Positions 57,662 to 64,000 of a stretch of DNA of 64,000 nucleotides are shown piece after piece. The stretch comes from Myxococcota bacterium (GTDB lineage Bacteria; Myxococcota_A; UBA9042; PHBI01; JAWLBL01). The notes beneath the pieces are model-generated. The model did no database searches. It was not told where the DNA came from and saw only the letters and a list, made by a program, of their open reading frames with translations. Location: NCBI GenBank assembly GCA_041687695.1, contig JAWLBL010000014.1:128001-192000 (forward strand), in the 5' to 3' direction. Position numbers and translations under genes: made by a program. Positions within the stretch are counted from its first letter, which is position 1. Every line of letters begins with the position of its first letter.

Positions 57662-58486
57662 ATGACCGATCTGCCGCCCTCGCCGCCCGCGCCGTTCGTC
57701 TCGCCGCCGCTCCGCGTCACCGCCGACACCTGGGTGCTGCCGACCTGGATCCCCATCCCGACCTTCGGCTGGCTGCCCTCCAACGCCTTCCTGGTGCGCG
57801 CCGCCGAGCCCGTGTTGGTCGACACGGGCCTGTTCGCGACCTGCGACGCGTTCGTCGACGCGCTCGAGCGCATCATCGAGCCTCCGGATCTACGCTGGAT
57901 CTTCCTCACCCACGTCGACCCCGACCACATCGGCGCCCTCGACGCCCTGCTCGCCCGCGCGCCCCGCGCCCGGGTCGTCACCACCTTCCTGGGCCTCGCC
58001 AAGCTCAACCTGCGCCACCCCTACCCGCCCGATCGCGTGCGCCTGATGAACCCGGGCGAGACGCTCGACCTCGGCGATCGGGTGATGCACGCGCTGCAGC
58101 CGCCCACCTTCGACGCCCCCGAGACGACCGCCCTGTTCGACCGCAGCTCGCGCGCCCTGTTCAGCTCCGACTGCTTCGGCGGCGCCGTCCCCCAGCCGGT
58201 CGACTCGGCCTACGACATCCCGCCGGACACCCTCCGCGCCGGCATGCACCGCTGGGCGGTCGTGGACGCACCCTGGGTCCGCTGGCTGACCGCCGAGGCC
58301 CTGGCCGAGCGCCTCAAGCCCATCGCCGAGATGGAGCCCGCGCTGGTCCTCAGCACACACCTGCCCCCGGCGCGCGGCCTGAACCAGGCCCTGCTCGACA
58401 ACCTGGCCGCGGCGCGCGAGGCCCCCGCCTGGATGGGCCCCGACCAGGCCGCCTTCGAGGCCATGACGGCCGGGGCGCCCAGCTGA
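57662..58486 (+). CDS. MBL-fold protein (flavodiiron/ODP-like)
   Basis: NAFLV, LVDTG, THVDPDHIG, LFSSDCFG. Confidence 0.8.
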   Translation: MTDLPPSPPAPFVSPPLRVTADTWVLPTWIPIPTFGWLPSNAFLVRAAEPVLVDTGLFATCDAFVDALERIIEPPDLRWIFLTHVDPDHIGALDALLARAPRARVVTTFLGLAKLNLRHPYPPDRVRLMNPGETLDLGDRVMHALQPPTFDAPETTALFDRSSRALFSSDCFGGAVPQPVDSAYDIPPDTLRAGMHRWAVVDAPWVRWLTAEALAERLKPIAEMEPALVLSTHLPPARGLNQALLDNLAAAREAPAWMGPDQAAFEAMTAGAPS

Positions 58487-58494
58487 CACGCGCT

Positions 58495-59268
58495 TCAGGC
58501 GTAGGCCGCCGCCCCGGGTGAGCCGCCCGGCCGCACCGCGAACTCGCCGACCATGTCCATCAGGGCCAGCGCGTTGAGCGGCGCCCGCGTGTTCACGTCG
58601 TTGTTGAAGTAGACGTAGGCGTCGACCCCGCGCCGGGCGACCGCCCGCAGGTGCCGCGCCCACGGCCGCAGCTCGTCCCGGGTGTAGTCGTGGGCGACGC
58701 CGCCCTCGAGGCCGTGGAAGCGGACGTAGGTGAAGTCGGTGGTCACGGTCAGGTCGCGCGGGAACCAGGCCGCGCTCAGCGAGACGGGCGCGACGCGGTG
58801 GCGCGCCAGCAGCGCGAAGACCTCGGCGTCGAGCCAGCTGGTGTGGCGGAACTCGACGGCGTGGCGCCGGCTCCGGGGCAGTCGCTTCAGGAAGTCCGCC
58901 AGGCGGGCGTCGTCGCGCGCGAAGCCGGCTGGCAGCTGCCACAAGAGCGGCCCCATGTGGCGGCCCAGGCCCCGCGCGCGCTCGAGCAGCAGATCGAAGG
59001 ACTTCGCGCCCGGCTTCAGCTTGAAGTAGTGCGTGACGGTCCTGCTGCCCTTGACCGCGTAGACGAAGCCCGGCGGGGCCTGCGCCCGCCACCCGGCGAC
59101 GGCGGCCTCGGTCGGCAGCCGGTAGAAGGTGGCGTTGATCTCGACCGTGGGGAAGCGCCCGGCGTAGTAGCCGAAGTGCCGTCGGGCCGGCAGCTCCGAT
59201 GGGTAGAAGCTGGCCACCCAGGCCTTGTAGACCCAGCCGCTGGTGCCGACGTAGACGCGTCCAGCCAT
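58495..59268 (-). CDS. DUF72 (YecE-like) protein
   Basis: VGTSGW, VEINATFY, LWQLP, EFRH, YVRFHG, YFNND. Confidence 0.92.
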   Translation of the reverse strand: MAGRVYVGTSGWVYKAWVASFYPSELPARRHFGYYAGRFPTVEINATFYRLPTEAAVAGWRAQAPPGFVYAVKGSRTVTHYFKLKPGAKSFDLLLERARGLGRHMGPLLWQLPAGFARDDARLADFLKRLPRSRRHAVEFRHTSWLDAEVFALLARHRVAPVSLSAAWFPRDLTVTTDFTYVRFHGLEGGVAHDYTRDELRPWARHLRAVARRGVDAYVYFNNDVNTRAPLNALALMDMVGEFAVRPGGSPGAAAYA

Positions 59269-59281
59269 CGGCCGCTCCCGC

Positions 59282-60070
59282 CTACAGGAGCCGCGCCGCT
59301 TCGCGGTCGACCAGGACGGTCACGTCGTCGTGCAGGTGCAGGAGCGACGCCGGGAAGGACTCGGCCACGGGACCGTGGCGCAGCCGCGCGACCGCCTCGG
59401 CCTTCGAGGCGCCGCTCGCGAGCAGGACGATGGACTTCGACGCGAGGATGGTCGCCAGGCCCATCGTGATGGCCCACTCGGGGACGTCGCCGTTGCCGAA
59501 GTACTGGGCGTTGGCGCGGCGCGTCTCGTCGTCCAGGCGGACCACGCGCGTCCGCGAGTCGAAGGGCGACCCTGGCTCGTTGAACGCGATGTGCCCGTTG
59601 CGCCCGAGCCCCAACACGGTCAGGTCCAGGCCACCCGCGTCGGCGATGGCGCGCTCGTAGCGCTCGCACTCGCGCTCGAGCGCCTGGTGCATCGGCAGAT
59701 CCGGCTCGTCCGCCAGCACGTCCTCGGCCAGGCCGTCGGGGATGAAGATGTCGCCCTCGAAGAGGCCGACGTGGTCGAACAGCCGCTGCTGCATGTAGCG
59801 GGCGTAGCTCCCCGGGTGGTCCGGCTTGAGCCCCACGTACTCGTCCAGGTTGAAGGTCTTGACGCCGTCGAAGCAGCGCTCCTGCCCGACGCAGTGCTGC
59901 ACGAGGTGCGCGTACATCCCTTCGGGCGTGCGCCCCGTCGGCAGGCCGAGCACCAGCCGTGGCTGGTGGATGATCGCGCCCAGGACGCGCTCGGCCGCGC
60001 GCTCGCTGAGCGCATCGTAGCCGCTCACCGTCTCCCAACGGAGCGGGCTCTGGCGCTGTCGCAGTCTCAT
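59282..60070 (-). CDS. nagB: Glucosamine-6-phosphate deaminase
   Basis: LGLPTGRTP, FNLDEYVG, GLGRNGHIAFNEPG, AITMG. Confidence 0.95.
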   Translation of the reverse strand: MRLRQRQSPLRWETVSGYDALSERAAERVLGAIIHQPRLVLGLPTGRTPEGMYAHLVQHCVGQERCFDGVKTFNLDEYVGLKPDHPGSYARYMQQRLFDHVGLFEGDIFIPDGLAEDVLADEPDLPMHQALERECERYERAIADAGGLDLTVLGLGRNGHIAFNEPGSPFDSRTRVVRLDDETRRANAQYFGNGDVPEWAITMGLATILASKSIVLLASGASKAEAVARLRHGPVAESFPASLLHLHDDVTVLVDREAARLL

Positions 60071-61214
60071 CGGTCCCTCACCTCCTCGCCGCGGGCGATG
60101 ACGCGCGCGACCGACAGATCGTCGCCAAGGACGACCAGGTCGGCGTCGAAGCCCGCTGCGATCCGTGCCTTGCGGCCCTCGAGCCCCAGCAGCCTCGCGG
60201 GCACCGCCGTCGCCAGCGGCACCACCTCGGCCAGCGGGACGTCGGCGGCCTCGACCATGGTGCGGACGGCGCCCGCCATGGTCAGGACGCTGCCGGCCAG
60301 GGTCCCGTCGGGCAGGCGCGCGGCGCCCCCACGGACGTGGACCTCGTGCTTGTGCAGCGCGTAGACGCCGTCGGGCATGCCGCAGGCCCGCATGGCGTCG
60401 GTGACCAGCGCGACCCGCCCCGGCATCGCGGCGTGCGCGATGCGCAGGACCGCCGGGTGCACGTGCACCCCGTCGGCGATGAGCTCGGCCGTGGCCGCGC
60501 GGTGCGCCATCGCGGCGCCCACGGCGCCCGGCTCGCGGTGGCCCAGGGGGGTCATCGCGTTGAACAGATGCGTGAAGTGCCGCGCGCCGCGCGCGAGGGC
60601 CTCGGTCGCCAGCGCGAAGTCGGCGGTCGTGTGGCCGATGGAGAAGGTCACACGCGCCGCGAAGCGCTCGAGCAGCGCCAGGACGCCCTCGACCTCGGGC
60701 GCGACCGTCATCATCCAGGCCAGCTCCGGCGCGCCCTCGAGCCAGCCCGCCAGCTCGGCGGGGTCGGCCGGGCGCAGCGAGGCCCTGTCCTGGGCGCCCG
60801 CGCGGGCCGGGTTCACGTAGGGGCCCTCGAGGTGGACGGCCGCGATCTCGGCCTCGCCGGGCCGCCCCTGCCGCCAGGTGCGCGCGATGGCGTCGATGGC
60901 CCGGGCCACGTCCTCGCGGGCGCCCGAGAGCGTCGTCGCGGCCAGCGCCGTCGTCCCGTGGCGCGCGTGTTCGGTCAGCACCCGCCGCACGGCGTCCTCG
61001 GTGCCGTCCATGAAGTCGGCGCCGCCGGCCCCGTGGACGTGCACGTCGATGAAGCCGGGGACCATCGCGCCCGGCACCCGCTCGCCGCGCGACCCCGCTC
61101 CCGGGCGCACCTCGGCGATGCGCGTCCCCGCGAGGCGGACCTCGACGTCGTCGACGAAGCCCCCGTCCAGGAAGGCCCGGCCGCGGAAGGTCCGGCCGCC
61201 GGTGTCCGAGGCGC

Positions 61215-61218
<4 letters not shown>
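60067..61218 (-). CDS. nagA: N-acetylglucosamine-6-phosphate deacetylase
   Basis: PGFIDVHVHG, HLEGPY, GHT, THLFNAM, IADGVHV, LAGSVLTM. Confidence 0.95.
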
Positions 61219-62447
<1,229 letters not shown>

Positions 62448-62472
62448 CCGAACCTCCCCCGCGCGTTCGCGG

Positions 62473-63360
62473 TCACGCCTGGCCGAGCACGGCCCGCAGG
62501 CGGCCGCCGTGGGCCGCGAGCAGCTCGCGCGCGGCCACGGCCGACACGCCCTTGGCGGCGACGACGACGGCCACCTTGGCCACGTGGTCGGCCTCCTCCA
62601 CCGCCTGCTCGGCGACGTAGGTCGGCACCCCCGCCGCCAACTCGACCATGCGCACCGTGCGCCGCCGCAGCTTGGCGTTGGTGGCCGGCATGTCGATCAT
62701 CAGGTTCGAGTACACCCGCCCGAGCCGCACCATGGCGGCCGTCGACAGGGTGTTGAGCACCATCTTCTGGGCGGTGCCTGCCTTCATGCGGGTCGAGCCC
62801 ATCACCACCTCGGGGCCCGTCTCGACGACGATGGCGATCTCGGCCGCCTCGGCCAGCGGCGAGCCCGGCGCCGACGTCACGGCGACGGTCGGGCAGCCCA
62901 GCTCGCGCGCCTCGCGCACGGCGGCCACGGTGAAGGGCGTGGTCCCGGAGGCGGCGATGCCCACCACCGCGTCCCCGGGGCGCACGCGCGCCCGCACCTG
63001 CGTCGCGCCGTCCTCGGCGTCGTCCTCGGCGCCCTCGGCGGCGGCCAGGAAGGCCCCCGCGCCGCCGGCCATGATGACCTGCACCCGATCGTGCGGCACG
63101 CCGTAGGTCGGCGGCACCTCGGCCGCGTCCAGCATGGCGATGCGGCCGCTGGTCCCGGCGCCCACGTAGAACAGCCGCCCCGACCGCCGCAGCGTCTCGA
63201 CGATGGCCTCGACCGCCTCGGTGATGGCGGGACGCGCCGCCGCGACCGCCTGCGCGACCGTGGCGTCCTGCTCGCCGATGAGGCGCACGACCTCGTCCGT
63301 CGACGCCCGATCGATGTCGAGGCTCGCCTCGAGCCGGTCTCGGTCCATGCCGTCCTCCAT
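62473..63360 (-). CDS. murQ: N-acetylmuramic acid 6-phosphate etherase
   Basis: GAGTSGR, GAED, GIAASGTTP, GPEVVMGSTRMKAGTAQKMVLN, NLMID. Confidence 0.96.
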   Translation of the reverse strand: MEDGMDRDRLEASLDIDRASTDEVVRLIGEQDATVAQAVAAARPAITEAVEAIVETLRRSGRLFYVGAGTSGRIAMLDAAEVPPTYGVPHDRVQVIMAGGAGAFLAAAEGAEDDAEDGATQVRARVRPGDAVVGIAASGTTPFTVAAVREARELGCPTVAVTSAPGSPLAEAAEIAIVVETGPEVVMGSTRMKAGTAQKMVLNTLSTAAMVRLGRVYSNLMIDMPATNAKLRRRTVRMVELAAGVPTYVAEQAVEEADHVAKVAVVVAAKGVSAVAARELLAAHGGRLRAVLGQA

Positions 63361-63562
63361 CGCTGCGGTCGGGCCCCGGGTTCACGCGCCGGGCCTGCGA
63401 CAGATCATAAGCCCCGATGCGCGCAGGCCACAGTTTGGCGTCGTCGCCCACCCCGCGCCCCCACGAGGCAGGGGTGTCGAGGGGCCCGCGCGGCCGTCGC
63501 GCCGGGTCGGAGCGCCCGCGAGCCGTGTCTAAGGTGTCGGGGCACCGGGGAGCCAGGAGGGA

Positions 63563-64000
63563 ATGATGCACCGCAACAAATCGACGACGCCCATGGGGCG
63601 GACCACCGCGCCGCCGCAGCGCCCGGGCGCGCGACCGCGACGCCGCCGATCCCGCGCTGGGCTGGCCTGGTCGTTGGGCGGGCTGATCGCGCTGACCGGG
63701 TCGCCTGCTTGGGCACAGCAGGCCGGCGAGTCCAGCCCTCCCGATCCGGCGCGGATCGAGCGCCCGCAAGCGCCGCCGCTGGCGGAGCAGCTGCCCGGCG
63801 CGGACGCGAAGTACTACCCGGGGGCGCTGCGGATGGCCCCTCGCTGGCCCGACGACGTGCCGCGCGAACCGATGATGCTCTTCCGCGAGGCGCCGCGCCG
63901 CGAGATCGCCTCGGCCCAGATCTGGCTCGCGCGGACGAAGTTCAAGCCGGGCGTCATCGACGGACGGATGGGCTCGAACACGCGCCACGCGCTCGAGGCC
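63563..64000 (+). CDS. Exported protein with a peptidoglycan-binding domain (5' part only; possibly an L,D-transpeptidase)
   Basis: Manual translation is open to the window end: signal-like LAWSLGGLIALTGSPAWA, then AQIWLARTKFKPGVIDGRMGSNTRHALEA (PG_binding_1-like DG motif); AGGAGG upstream. Confidence 0.65.
   Translation, partial: MMHRNKSTTPMGRTTAPPQRPGARPRRRRSRAGLAWSLGGLIALTGSPAWAQQAGESSPPDPARIERPQAPPLAEQLPGADAKYYPGALRMAPRWPDDVPREPMMLFREAPRREIASAQIWLARTKFKPGVIDGRMGSNTRHALEA

Overview
A very GC-rich, gene-dense bacterial chromosomal segment. It is probably from a Myxococcota-like deltaproteobacterium (inferred from a DUF6184-like lipoprotein, a CarH-type regulator, a sigma54 activator and many lipoproteins). 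Most of it is housekeeping or envelope related: hemF (partial), fdx, cysD-cysNC, dnaE, orn, nadB, bolA-grxD, ndh, cobB and a murQ-anmK-nagA-nagB peptidoglycan-recycling operon. I found no rRNA, tRNA, CRISPR array, transposase, integrase or prophage. The best candidate for an undescribed system is a six-gene minus-strand unit (17383-22909): nucleotidyltransferase, degenerate PRTase, DHH-CBS phosphoesterase, amidohydrolase, MBL hydrolase and DUF481 barrel. It sits behind a readable sigma54 promoter, an IHF-like site and three palindromic enhancer-like boxes, facing a divergent NtrC-family activator. Other points of interest: an orphan CarH with 11-bp-spaced operator repeats, two cytochrome P460-like lipoproteins, a membrane-anchored PspA-like protein, a 17-bp tandem repeat, two GGGGCC-rich intergenic tracts and repeated leaderless-type promoter geometry. 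All family calls come from motif recognition by eye, not database searches, and several start codons are my best estimates.
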